A DNA stretch of 64,000 bases, from positions 1,292,820 to 1,356,819 of the forward strand of contig NW_018408902.1 in the NCBI RefSeq assembly GCF_002113885.1. Reading direction: 5' to 3'. Positions 50,301 to 64,000 of the stretch are shown here, piece by piece. Origin of the DNA: Mizuhopecten yessoensis. Its lineage: Eukaryota. Position numbers and translations under genes: made by a program. The notes below the pieces were generated by a model. That model was not told where the DNA came from and did not search any database. It saw only the letters and a list, made by a program, of their open reading frames with translations. Position 1 is the stretch's first letter. Each line of letters starts with the position of its first letter.

Positions 50301-51874
50301 CTGCCCTGACACCTGTAGTAAACAGGAGCCTGGGGCTGACCAGTCTGACCAATGGTCAAATACCTGGGATCAGCAAGGAAAGCATTGTTAGCTTAGCTTT
50401 TTCTGTAACTGTATCTAAACGGAAAAAGATTTTTAAATACTTCTTGTCTTAAATGGTGATTTTTCTTTCCTAATGTAGTGTATTAAATCGGCTTTAGTTT
50501 GAATATTTTGTTTTTATTGACATTGTTTTTGATAGCCCCAATTATATAAGATGAACAGTTCTTGTTGGTATGTATATGCTGTTAAGCTGTTTATCCTACA
50601 CAACCCAACCCTGATCAGCCCTGGACAATAGTTTCCTGGAGCTTAGGCCCCTGTCACCTGAAGGTGGGTGTGGTAGTTGGGACCCACTCAACAATTTAAC
50701 CACTCTTGTCCAGCGAGATGACCAACAGTGGCCGTAGTCATTTGTCATGTCACCGGTCAACGGAAATGCCAGGACATAAATGTGTTTTATTGTTAGACAG
50801 TCAGCCCTACCTGTGACTTCTTTGAATTTTTGGTATTTCTACAGGTGAAAGAAAAGGGTGGTCTTTTCCTTGATATTTGTCATCCCAGACCCCTTAAAGC
50901 TATAATATAACCTTTAACGGGCCTTAGAGCATTGTGTAAGTACAGGTGTACAGGGTCTGTACACAACTCGTTAATGACAAGGTGAACTTTTGACCTACAG
51001 GTATTTTGTGGTGTATTTGACACCAAAAAAACACTATAAAGTTTGGTCTGTTTATGCTATTTTGAATTGCGTATATATACCTTTTGTATTGAGAATATAA
51101 ATGTAATGAAAACTAATATGGAATATACAAATGTATACATGTATGTCCCATCATGTCGAATCCATTCTGTTTCCAATTTAATGCAATAGCTTGTTGAAGA
51201 CATGAAATGAAATATACCATTACCAAACTTTAAAAAAAAAAGGTACATATAAATTATTCATAAAGGCATTTAAGCTATTTTACCCTGGGTTTGGTATGGT
51301 AATGACTTTAAATGTGACCTTTGGCCTTTAAAGATAATTTTTTTACTCACACAAGTTATTAGAAAAAAAAGAACAACATACAAAATATACTAGGAAAATT
51401 AAACAAAATTAGTCATCTGAGAGTTGTTTTTTCTTTTAGGAAAAAAGCTACAAGATTCCCATTCAGGAGTAAATCTGTTTAGTCCAAATGTACAAAGGAT
51501 TGTAATTAAGGAACAAAAGACTGAGCTGGTGACCATGATGATATCTACAGAAATGAGAAGTTACTGACAGGCTTGTACTAGTGAACTACAGTAAAAAGCC
51601 ATTAGTCCTGGTCGTCTGTGACTGAAGTCCTGTGACAGTACATACATACATGTAGTTTATGTTGGGGTGGATTCCCTGGCTGTGAAACATACTTCACAGT
51701 CAGTGTGGATATCATTAGAACAGTTTGTGAACAAGTCATCAGGATCACTTATCATTGATCAATTCAAAGATCCATATCTGTCGGTAGCAGTTTAGATGAA
51801 TCCTATCATCATGACACCCAACTCACTGGAACAAAGTTCTAAGACGGAGGTTGGGGGTACTGGTTTTAGTCGGT

Positions 51875-53709
51875 CTGTAGACACGTTTGTCTGAAGTACT
51901 GCAAAGACTTGACAGATGTTTATTTGTACACTTTCATTACCTGGTATAGTATACAAGGTTGCTAAACTATTAACTAGGCAATTTTAGTTTCAACAAATTA
52001 TTGACAATTTGTGGAGTTATACCCCTTTTTGTAGAAAACAATACCTGGGAAACTTCATGTAAGTGTCTCTAAGAGAGTAACTATGGTATGTACTATTTAT
52101 TGTGGGTAAATCCAGCTGTAGACACGTTTGTCTGAAGTACTGCAAAGACTTTACAGATGTTTATTTGTACACTTTCATTACCTGGTATAGTATACAAGGT
52201 TGCTAAACTATTAACTAGGCAATTTTAGTTTCAACAAATTATTGACAATTTGTGGAGTTATGCCCCTTTTTGTAGAAAACAATACCTGGGAAACTTCATG
52301 TAAGTGTCTCTAAGAGAGTAACTATCAGGGGTTGACACTAACTTTTAATAGGTGGTGGACCGCAGGTCCACCTGCTCTCTTGATCTGGTGGACCTGGTTA
52401 ATTTCTGGTGGACCTGAATAATATTCTCAGATCTGGGGCGCCATGCGCCCCGGTCGACGAGCGTAGCTAGGAGTGGGGGGTGGGTTCGGGAGGGGGTACC
52501 CCCCTCCTGAATAAGAGGGGGGTACGGGGGTCCTCCCCCGAAATTTTTTAAAAGCTAGATGCAAAATCCTGGCATCTGAGGGTTTTAAACAAATAATGAA
52601 GGTTTTTTAATTTTCTGTAAAATACTTGTTTTTTCTCCTTATTTTTTATTTTTTTCCATTTATGAACAAGTTTTAGTAAATGACACAGAAACATGAAACA
52701 ATTTTCTCCTTGTTTATTATTTTTTACATAGCTCCCATCCAAAGGTGTTTGAAATTCTGACTGTAAATTGAGATAAAGATCATATGAAAAAATAAGGATA
52801 AAATAATATACTTTTTTATAGTATTATACCTTTTTTATATGATCTTTATCTCAATATACAGTCAGAATGTTAAAATCATTTGCCCCAACAGTAATCTTTA
52901 CGTATTTTGTTGCACCTCTATTCAATCCTTCCTGGACATTTCGGAAAGATCTTCTGAGTGCAGCATACCCTACATTTCATTAAGTTTGTGTCAGTATTAT
53001 TATTGAGCCATGTAAACGATTTTTCCATGACTCCTGAAAGGATATCATCCTTTTTGTTGCCCATACAAACTTTGTGTTGTTTTTGTTCTGTTGAAGTTTT
53101 TAACTTTTTTTTGCAAGTGGTTGTAAACCAAGCCATTTAAAAATCGCGACACAGGCGATACGGTACTAGTCTAGTACAGATACTAAGTGAATCGACGGAC
53201 ACGATCACCTAAACGATATACGCTAGAATACGATAGAAATTAAAACGTAACACGAAATTGTGAGGCTAAGTTTACCTTCATTTACCGGTTGACCACCGTG
53301 ATCGTGACGTCATCGTCATTTTAGTGCTTACAATAGCGGCAAACTATACCACTAGCGACTCAAACGCTGAAAGGATTCCGACTTACCGCAAGCGGATTCA
53401 CGCACTTCACTCGTCCAAGAATGATAACGACAACTTTTAGCGGTTTAACAACACGAAAATACGATACATTTTTTAACCAGATGGGATTTTACGGCTCGCT
53501 GGCGAAGTAAATAAAGTCTTTATTAATATATTTCTGAACAACATTCTCAAATATATATACACTTATCAAGTAATATGTGGTGGACCGGCGGTCTACCAGC
53601 TTTGGAGATTAAGTGGACCGTCCAAGATTTTGGTGGACCCGGTCCTCCGGTCTACCGTTAGTGTCGATCCCTGACTATGGTATGGACTATTTATTGTGGG
53701 TAAATCCAG
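51875..53709. repeat. 241-bp tandem duplication; second copy interrupted by a transposon
   Basis: 51875-52115 repeated at 52116-52325 and resumed at 53674-53709. Confidence 0.93.
52326..53673 (-). mobile_element. Non-autonomous hAT-like DNA transposon (5-bp TSD, hAT5-like), 1348 bp
   Basis: TIRs caggggttgacactaac / gttagtgtcgatccctg; TSD actat; subterminal ggtggacc repeats; frameshifted FQESWK/SFTWL...MKCRVC zinc-finger remnant on minus strand ~52960-53040. Confidence 0.88.
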
Positions 53710-56700
53710 AACATGGGAACAAATTGTACCTAATGATGTCGCTGTTCTTGTGCCAAAGGGTACACAAATTCCACAACTGGTTCATAAATATTAGAGCTAC
53801 ACAGACGGTAGACTGTCTGTTAGTACAGATTACCTATATAGACAACAGACAATTATATATTGGCACAGTTTTCCCTAGTTTTCCTGTGTATATGTATTAG
53901 ATTATCTTGTAAGTATTATCATAAGTAGGTATAAATGTCAGGTATTGTGTGGGAGGAAAAATATGACGTACAAATCACTCTAAGACTGGAATTGGCTCTT
54001 TCCTTCGACAGAACCAAACAAATATGTTCATCTTTTGAAACACTAATCGCATTCCATGTAAAATATCTTTGATATACTTCAGGTTTTAGTCCTTCAAACA
54101 ACACCATTTTGTTCTGTTTGGTATGCTTCAATAATAAACAAATTGCTGAAGGCTAAAAAACACAGGTGGTCCTTCAAAACGGCCATTTTGTTACATCTTT
54201 TCTGTTCACATCAGGGTAAAAATGATCAAAAGAGTACATGCATGTATATGGTTGTGGTGGTATCTGTTTTGATGAGAGCGATCAGATGTAGAGTTGTTTG
54301 TACTTCAGAACAGGAAACCATTGATACTTGAGTCTGAGGAGGCTGAAGTGCACAAAGTTGTGATACATTCAATAGATTGAGTGTCTGTTACAATCTTACA
54401 CTAGCGTGACACATATCTATTCAAAGTATATATATATATTATGTACGATGTCAATTCAATTCTCATGCAGGCTGTATTCTTCCTTGTTTTCTGAAAAACA
54501 AGTTTTGATTAAATTTCCTTGTTTTCATGATAAAAAAAATGATGTCCATGTGCACAAATAATCAAATATTAAGTGTTGTACATACAGTATTTCATACAGG
54601 CCTTACTCATATCAGGTTAAAGCTTAGGCTTAGCTTTGATATGAAATTTATTTATCATTGATAAATTGATTCATGTCCTTGTTGGGAATGTTATCTTTAA
54701 AATATGTTTAGTAATATAGAAGGTTTTTGCCTGTGTACATATTTACATTGATAAATAGCATTCCAGTTGTTCCCCAATTTTTATGCCTTTATTATACATA
54801 CTGACAATGCAACGATTGAACTTTGGTAGGGTACTTTTCCTGTAGTGTAGAACCAACTTAAGGTCCTCAAAAACAGTAGCTGACTTTTAAGTTGGATTAA
54901 AATATTATGGTTTAAATCATTATATATTCTTAATTTTTTAGTTCTTTAGGTCAATTTCCCTTCAAAAAAATCAATGCAAAAAATGACTTTTCATAAAATC
55001 ATGCTTTTTAAGGGTGTAATTTCCCCAAGTAATTATATAAACAGACACAGGCTCATGTGGAAATAAAAAATATTCTCCTAGTTTTTTAATCATGGTTATG
55101 ATGATCTCACTAAAACACTTGTTTCACATTCTTTGTTATGAAATTACACACTTTACAAGATTGTACAGATTCTCCAATATCAGCCCTAATAGCCCTATGT
55201 CATCAGATATAGCTTTCGACACTCACATCCAGCAAACTTTTCTACATGTCTGTATAACATTCATGAATGAACCTCAAAGTTATCGTACTAAAATATATTC
55301 GGTGTAATATGAGGCTAGGCTGTAACTAAACCATATCGTTTTCCACCGAATTTGACCCTATCTAAATTTTCAGTATTACACTGAAAAAAAACTTCTTGGG
55401 AGAATTTAATATCATGTTATAAAAAAACATGAGATCATGTTCTTCTTTCACTTTTTTTAACCCCATCTAAATGTTTACAAAGTGGTTTATAAAATTTTAT
55501 TAGAAGCCGAAGTGATATGATCTGATAGATGTTGTTCTAGTTATAATTACATTATCTTGGTTGGCTTTGTGTGCATCTCGGTGATGCAGAGCGTGTTTAG
55601 AACTACTCCCCAGTGATAGTAAGGCAGCTACTGAGGTGTATCAGGTCAGACACTTGTGATGTCTTCATACTTCACAGCACTAAGACTGCCTTACTCACGT
55701 AGTACGAGGTTACAATACAATGTGAATGTGCTCGCGCCATTTACACCTCATCTCCCACAAGAATATTTTGTGCAACTCACCCCTCCCTCTATATTCCTCT
55801 TTGTTACTACAGTAAATTGCCAGGCCAGACAGTGTTATTTTGGAATCTTGATGTTGAATCCATGAATGCAACATTTAAACCATTATCATTGACTTATTGT
55901 TTTTATGTACCTGTACATATACAGATCATACAGTAACATTCATTTCCAGTTGAATGAAAAAAGCTCCCCCCCNTAAAAAAATGTTGGTAATAAAGTGCAA
56001 AAGAAATTAATGCAATATAGTGATTGTCCAATTTGGTGAAATACTTTGATCAGGGTTCTACGAGACTACAAACCAAAGGTTGGTCTATTATCAGCAGCAT
56101 GTACCATAGTTATACATACATTGTGTGTATATAGCTAGCCAGTGAGGTAATTGTTGCTCTGCCAAACCTCAGAGAAAATTAATTCTGCTACTTTTATCTC
56201 CCCTTCAGTCTAATTAGATCTTTACCAATGACATCTGAAGGCTGTCTGTGAGCTAACACTTCGGCCTTGTACTAGATGTAATAAAAGTCTCGACTTTCCC
56301 TTGTGAAAACAATGTCATTAGTTGACTTAATGACATCACATGTATTCAAGCTTTAGATATACTCGTGATCAAAAGGCGAAAAAAATTGTTTACTTCTAAG
56401 CACTAAGTGTAACAGAGCACCTTGGCTATCTCTGTTTGCACATTTTACTCAAATAAATGCATTTTTGATATAACAGCTTAAAGTGTCAGACATTTACTGT
56501 AACTGACATGTTTGATGGCAATATACATTTATAGAACTGATCAGGCTCTTAAGTTTTCAATGTCAATGATTTTGAAGTGTTAAAGTAGTTTTTTCAGTTT
56601 CATTCAAAATGCTGTTGAATACAGTACTAGTACTGTTGAATATTCATTTAAGCATATAAGTGTCATTGAACATTCACAATGCTGTTGAATACAGTTGTTG

Positions 56701-58657
56701 AATGTTCTTTGGTGTCATTGAACAAACTCACAGTGCTGTTGAACATTCAATACTATTGAACGTTTTGTGTATTGAACATTCAAGTGTCATCAAACATGCA
56801 TTTAAGTGTTAATGAACAAGCATTTATAGGAAAAAAATGATTGTATATGTATTCATGTGCGCTATTTAGGAAGCAACTTTCATTTTGATACGCACCCAGG
56901 TTTTTGTAAAGTTTAACATATGGGATGTAGCTTGAATGTGGTGCAGTATTAATCCAAGCCCTTTCAAACAGATGTTACAAGCGGAACTCATGTCTGTATA
57001 TATAATATGTAATTTACTACAGGATCAACATTAGGGAACAAGCCTCATATACTCCTACACCGGTACCTGTTTTCTATGGCGTTGAGGTCCAATGGGCAAC
57101 ACCAAAGCTGTATATATTTCTGTATATATTGAGATATTTACACTTGTTTGTCTATGACTAAAATAAAATATATACACTATTGAAATGTTAATAACGGGTA
57201 ATTGAATTAAAAAACATCTATATTTGTAAAATGAGTCAGTAAAACAGTAGGAGTCTAGAATTTCATCATTCATGCAATGATGGAGTTCAGTGTTCTTAAT
57301 AACCAGGGAATAAAATGGCTGCATCAACCTTGAAACAGATTCTTTATTGATCCTGATGACTTGGTGTGGTAAACATGCATGAAGCAACGATTCAGTGAAT
57401 TTAAGCTGATACAGGGAATTGTCTCTCGGTCATAAACTTGCTTAAAGAAACAAACTTTAGTCGGCAGTTGATTAAGAATCGTCAAATGACATGCAATGAA
57501 GCAGTAATTGTGCCAGCCAAGACCGCCATCCCCCCTACGGCTAATACCTGATGGAGTTACCGAAATGGAAATCAATACACATACAGGATTTCTCCTAATT
57601 GCCAGCGAACACTACATGTATATATACTACAGCACTTGGTATTGGACTTCACTGGGTATGACCTTGTTTGGAAGGAAAGTTTGTGCCAGTTACATAAAAC
57701 AAGGAATGGGAAACTTTCTATGGCCACACTATGCTATTATATTTATTTTTCAGTTTCATTATTTAACAGCTATCATTTTAGTTGCTATGAAAAGTACTTA
57801 GTCAATTTAGTGTGACTTACTGTTGCTGAACAAGGTTGAAATCTAGGAATTTTTGATTTTGGTTATATGGTATTATTGCTTATTTAATTATATATAGCTA
57901 TACATAGATGGCAAGTGGTAGAATGTTTGTACGGATAAACAGACTAAATTTTAATCTTAAAATATGTATTTCGGGTGTACATGTAGGTGTGCACGTTGTT
58001 TATTGGCACTTTCTAGCCCCAAAGGCAGAAAAAGAACATATTTGATAAATAAGGTGCCTTAAGTAACTCAAGCCAAACATATAGCTACATTTTGTACCCC
58101 ACTGCCTACGACAAGCAATGTATTAGCTATATACTGTGTTCATCAAATTGTGATATGTACATGTGAGGTCCATTATGTGTTGCTAAACCATTTGTATTCC
58201 ATCTGTATAGATTTGCAGCCTCTGCAGTACAGTGTTTATTAAAGGATTCAATACACGTCTCTGTGTATTCCATAGTCAGGTTCACCTGCTTCCTGCTAAA
58301 GCACTAACAGAACTTGGCACTGCATTATTCTCCAAACTCCTCCAGTATTGATCGCTGTACACGTACGTAGGGAAGCGGTACATGTATAAGACAGGTTCTG
58401 AGCCAGGTTGGGGAGGAGCTCAGGGCTGGATACCATGTTTACTATGACACTTCATACTGTCACTGTATCATTGTTGTTGAACAGGTCCAGGCTGGTTCTG
58501 GGGACATGACGGATGTTGAAAACCCTAGCTTGTGTACAATAATAGGTACATTATATGGTGTATATTGCAAACATAATGCAGGTTCATGGATCACTATATA
58601 GTGTACCATACAATAGACTATGTTAGCAGTAGTCCATATATGTTCGTTACTTTTTCT

Positions 58658-58845
58658 CTAGACTCGGCTACAGTCCCTATAGTTTTAATTATCTGTCACT
58701 AGACTCGGCTACAGTCCCTATATTTCTATAAAGTATCTGTCACTAGACTCGGCTACAGTCCCTATATTTCTATAAATTATCTGTCACTAGACTTGGCTAC
58801 AGTCCCTATATATCTAATTAAATTGTCACTAAACTGGCTACAGTA
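58658..58845. repeat. Short tandem repeat, 41-44-bp unit, ~4.5 copies
   Basis: tagactcggctacagtccctata recurring. Confidence 0.85.
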
Positions 58846-59717
58846 CTAGTGCCTATATTGTTATTCAAAATTAATAAATATGAAGTACTGTATAAAATAA
58901 GGTTTGCCTACCTCTACCTAATTAGCTTCCCTATTGGATTCAAAGCCATGATTACTGTACCTGAAACACATTAAATCTAAAATGTTTTGTTTGGCCTTTA
59001 CACATATATATTGCTTTATTTGGCCTAATCTATTGATCTCTTGCCATCAATGATTTAAATGTGAACCAGCATATATTTAGATAAAATAAGAACACCTTGC
59101 ATTGTGTTTGATCTAAAAATAACAAATGATGGGACATGTACATAGCTCCAGGTTTTTTCTCACATCTGTCCTGATCAATGTGCACGTGACGCCCAGTAAC
59201 CATGACATATGACCGATGATGGCTCAGACAGGGCTAGAACCTTTCCCCCAAATCTTGATTAGACCTGATAGATTTGACACTTGCTGACAAAAGACAGATA
59301 TTGGAATTTCCTTTCCTATCTTCATGGGTGACATACTTTAGTATAGTCTGTATCAGATTTCTCATTTCAGGTTGATTATGGTGGCAATACAATGCTATAA
59401 ATGATAGCAGCAATTTATCTGATATGAAACATACCCTGCATCAAAGTGATTTATGCGAAGATGTGCATGTATTGTCCAGGTCCTTTGTTCCGGGTGATGG
59501 GAAGTCGCATGCTCATGCATGAATGTGACCACACGACCCTGATAATGCACATGCATCATCATGGGAGGAGAACTGTTTATCTGTATAACCAGGGAGGAAA
59601 CATGCTAGCTGGCTCATAGGGTCACTGATGTCTGTCATGTGTGATATCAAACTCAATCTGGTCCCAGGGGCACCTTCAGGGTTAGAGACTGCAATAACAT
59701 TTCAAAAATGTGCATAT

Positions 59718-59786
59718 TAATTTCAGAATTTGTCAAGTAAAATATATCAATATTTAGAATATTTTACTTGACAAATTCTGAAATTA
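59718..59786. repeat. Perfect inverted repeat, 28-bp arms, 13-nt spacer
   Basis: taatttcagaatttgtcaagtaaaatat ... atattttacttgacaaattctgaaatta. Confidence 0.9.
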
Positions 59787-60582
59787 TTTTTCACTTTCCA
59801 GTTCCGGTATAATATCTGCAGAAAGTGTTTCTTTTTACCCAATGTTAGTTAGTATAGAGGTAATATTTATGATTATCCCCAGTGGGCCCCTCCCTGATGT
59901 TGACTTGGGAGAAAACAATGCCAGAGATAGTGGGGAGGGGGATTCAGGGAGGGGAGTAGTGTGGTCTCCCTCATGTCTGAGGGTCATGGTAACATTATAC
60001 CCTGATGATAGAGGAGTCTAGAAATTTCATACACTGAGACAGACAAAATTTCAGGTTCCTGGCTGGGCATTTTTGAAATGTGATTTTAATATATGTAATT
60101 ACTTATAATTAATTTGCTGTACATACCTGTAGTCATGAATGTATGCAGTTCTGGAGGGCTTTTTGCTTTGAGAAATAAATATATTTGAAAATGTAAATCT
60201 ATGTCACTATTATCTGTATATTGTAAATAATCATTAATATTCAATTAACTGATGTAAAAAGCCCTTGTTTGGATAAAATGTTTGTATGAATGAATTTAAA
60301 AAAAAAATGTGATTCCAGTGTAAAAAAATAAAATTGTAATTGAAATGAAAACAAGTTTTGTTCGTTTAATTTGACATGGATTAATTCATGCAAGTAGGAA
60401 ACCTGTATAAACTATCTGAACTCTTAACACATGAATGGTTGGGCTTTTTACTGAGCGTGGGCTTATTTTTGGTAAAATTTACTAAATATACGTCACCTTT
60501 AAGTGAAGGGTGTTCATGCCATGAATTGTGTTGTAAAGTGTTGCTCCCGGAAACTGAACATGCTGCACTGGTTGAACTTAGA

Positions 60583-60713
60583 GAAAGTGCAGTTGACAGA
60601 GATAAAAAGTGCAGTTGACAGAGATAAAAAGTGCAGTTGACAGAAATAAAAAGTGCAAAAAGTGCAGTTGACAAGAGATAAAAAGTGCAGTTGACAGAGA
60701 TAAAAAGTGCAGT
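60583..60713. repeat. Tandem repeat, 22-bp unit (gataaaaagtgcagttgacaga), ~5.5 copies
   Basis: Direct repetition. Confidence 0.9.
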
Positions 60714-63700
60714 AATTTAATGTTACGTGTACGCCGAACAGGTGCTGTTCAAAGTCTAACGTTCTGTCCTGTGCCGAGCCACCTTCTCTTCGTTATGATA
60801 AAACACGGGGTTGATTAGGGTAATACATGTAGGACTGTAGGTCGATGAAATAATAATTACAGACACGATATTATAATAAATTGCCACTTATACCAAGAAA
60901 AATAATAAAAGGTTGTAATAAGTGTAGTTATAATCCAGATCAGTGAAATGTTAGTAAACTAATGCTAATGTAAATATAAATAACCATCTGACAGTGGGTA
61001 AATATGTACCTGCTAATTAGATAATCATGCTAATTACCTAGTTATCACACCTGAAGGCAGAGGTGGTGCATATTGAGGTAAACACTGGTACAGACTGTTA
61101 TCTGATATTTCTTGTTACTCAAGTACACAGTATATCTTAGAGAGTAGCTTTCTCTATCAAGCCCCACTGCTTCTGTATCTTCATCCCTCTTTCATTTCAG
61201 AGTGCTTTCTTACAGTGACTTTTGGGGTCCTTTTCTTAATGGGATAGTTTGAATTTTCAAAATAATTTGTTGAAAAGCTCCCAAATTAATCTTTTTAAAA
61301 ATGTCTAAGCTGTATGATTCTTACAATTTTTTTTTTTTTAATTTTTTTTTTTGATAGGATGAATAAAATTCCTTATTTACATATTGTGCACAGTGTTTTT
61401 ATCCTGTTGCCCCCGGGCACATTTCCGAATGATCTAAGCTCCAACATCTCTGGTCTTCACAATGCAACTTATCTCCAACCGTTCATCCGACAATATATCA
61501 TTTCTTCATGAAAATAGAGTTAGTAGCTATAGCGTTAATGGAGACCCGGTATATAGATAGTAGTGCCCTCTATAGTATGTCTACATTGCTCTCCCAGACC
61601 AGTACATTATTAATGAGCATGAAATTAAATTAGGCTCTAGTGCCACAGGAGAGTGCCCGGTAATGATGGTCTATACAAGTCTACATGTATTAGTAATAAC
61701 AATGTAGTCTGTGTACCCTACAAGTAGAATCCACAGAAATGATAGCCATCCACACAAACTTAGAGCCAATAATATAAGCCCAGTACGTATACAGTCTCAG
61801 GGTTCAGTCTGGTCTGGGGGTTCCAGGGACAAAGAATAAATTCAGTAAATATATTTGACTGTATTACCTTGAATTATTGCTGGTAAATTTACCGGTATTT
61901 CTCCAAGCTTGAAACCTTTATCTTAAAACTTACAAATGAGGTTCGTTTCGAATAAAATCTCATTTGTTCCCATTAAGGCATTTGACCCCTTTTCTCTCCA
62001 CTCTTATTGGAACCTGGGATCTTGACTATAGTTGAAACTGTATTTTCTTTGTGTATTGCTGGTGATATACCCTTGCTTTAAAAATCTTTATCCTAAAAAT
62101 TTCAACTGATTGCTTATAAAACCCTTCTTTTTGCAATATTTGGAAATCCAAAAGTTCCGATTAAGACATTTTGCCCTTTATTCCTCCCCTTTTATTGCAG
62201 CCCTTCCATGACCATGGTGGTATTATGATATTATGTATTGCATATATGAAAAATCAATACCATAATAAAATCAAATCCATTTATTGTCAGTATGAGGTGT
62301 AGGGTTCCTTCACGTTTCAGTATTGATCACACAGAATGCTGAATATTATATCTGTTTCAGTCTTTTATTGGAAATGTATTGTAATAACAATACACTGGAG
62401 AACAGCAATACAAACCGTTTTGTAATTTATAAAACTAGGATGATGACATTTTCAATGTTTAAGGGATCGCTATGGCATTTACAACTTAAGCTCTCGGCTG
62501 ACTCGATAATGTGTATTTTTAAATGCTGAATTTTAAACAATAGGATATCATCATACCTCAACAGCTTTTCATAATCTTGTTTGTTTAAAAGGGTGAGTTA
62601 TGTAAAAATACCAATTTCCATTTTTTTGGGGTTTTGGTCCTTTATTATGCAATCCAATGGGCATAAATATCCTAATAATCAAACCTATTGTACCATGAGA
62701 TTTAGGATTTTTTCATTCAAACAAACATTAGCCGTTACACTGAGCTGCCATTTTATTAGGGTATATAGTGTTACCCATGACTCCATCCCATCTTGTCACA
62801 ATTCATTATCGTGACTCATCATCAAAGTGAAGGTTCGTACTGACGTTTTCTAGTTTCAAATTTAAAGTTGGGTCCCAATCAGCTAACAACAATGGTGCTA
62901 TTTTATATAGAAGACCTATTTATGAAATGTTATTCACTTTGGGACAGTGACTCAGTCCATGGGGACACTGGTCAGTTGTATTTATGGGTTGATATTACAC
63001 TATGCTCATATATAAGCCCACCCATGATTTAACAGAATTTGCATTTCCAAGAGATTTGGGGTATGTTTGTAAGTTTAAATAAGAAATATTCATAGTTTGA
63101 AGTAAAACACTTCAATTAAATACACACTTACGATGTATGGTGGGATTTTGTATAAAAGGGAATAATCTTATGTCCCTTGGCGTTCATTACAAGAGTAGTA
63201 TTAATGTATGTCGTCATGATTCCTGCTCCGAGAAAAACGGTCCCTGGGGTGTTTATTATGATATACATTACCAAAGCCGAACCCATTTTTATGGGATCAT
63301 ATTTATATATCTTGTCTAAAGGTGACAAGTTGGGTATGCATATTGATTGGCCTCCGTCAATGATTACCGACTGGGTTCCAGATCGTTGCTAGCTGTCAGA
63401 AGGATCGTGAAACACCACGCAGACAGACTAAATCTAGTAAAAGCTTTTAGGTGTTGGGATGTGTGGATTGGTGGCGTTTTATGAGGACGAACGTGTTGTC
63501 AGTAATCGCAGTAAAGTACAAATTTCTGCCACACGTTCTGTTGATGTGGCTACATTTTATTATAAAACATCAACTGACAACGTGTTAGGATTTCTCTTTA
63601 GAATTTATAGATTAGTGGTTAATTATACATGGAAATAAAATGAATTGGACTTAAAAGACTGTTTTTAGTGTACATATATGTAAGTATTTGTACATTTTGC

Positions 63701-64000
63701 TTTTCTTTAGATGATGAAGTATGGTTGAAACTGGATAGATTTCATGCAAAAGGCACTAGTATTTGTGTTAAGTGTGTTCTATTTATGGCCGACTGTCTTC
63801 ATTTACCTATGTACAATATATGGTGCTCTTGTATTTGTCACACTACAATCATGATCAAGCACCATGAATGTTTAACAGTCAGTCCTGAAACAATTGGTAA
63901 ACAATACGACGAAATCAAAATTATGCATCCATTCATTTTGTTTGTTCAGTTTAACTGCCAATCACAGGCTGTTTCCCTAAGATAAAAAGTGCTTAATTTT

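Noticed and set aside
55972-55973. Ambiguous base n
   Set aside because: Assembly ambiguity between homopolymer runs; no biological signal
63711-63800. Acceptor ttttctttAG followed by DDEVWLKLDRF as next cadherin exon
   Set aside because: Phase is compatible but the expected DxNDxxPxF motif is absent and there is no clear donor

Overview
AT-rich eukaryotic genomic DNA; the repeat families suggest a bivalve mollusc, possibly a scallop (inference). Two protein-coding genes are supported. (1) A minus-strand gene with a single coding exon for a cGAS-like receptor (Mab-21 nucleotidyltransferase fold, intact catalytic aspartates, C-terminal TPR-like helices) at 12119-14161. (2) The first large coding exon (46025-47324) of an invertebrate neural/type-III-like classical cadherin, whose following intron appears to run past the window end. 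The rest is repeat-dense: minisatellites (63, 75, 32, 24, 34, 17, 46, 38, 44 and 22 bp units), Helentron-type non-autonomous elements with ~156-bp internal tandem repeats, tRNA-derived SINEs, MITEs, a 1.67-kb tandem triplication upstream of the cGLR, and a 1.35-kb hAT-like element with a 5-bp TSD whose empty site survives in an adjacent duplication. The most striking unannotated structure is a complete 352-bp miniature LTR retroelement (38822-39173) whose LTRs each contain a tRNA-derived Pol III unit. Nearly all other ORFs in the track are spurious. No CRISPR array or prokaryotic system is present.
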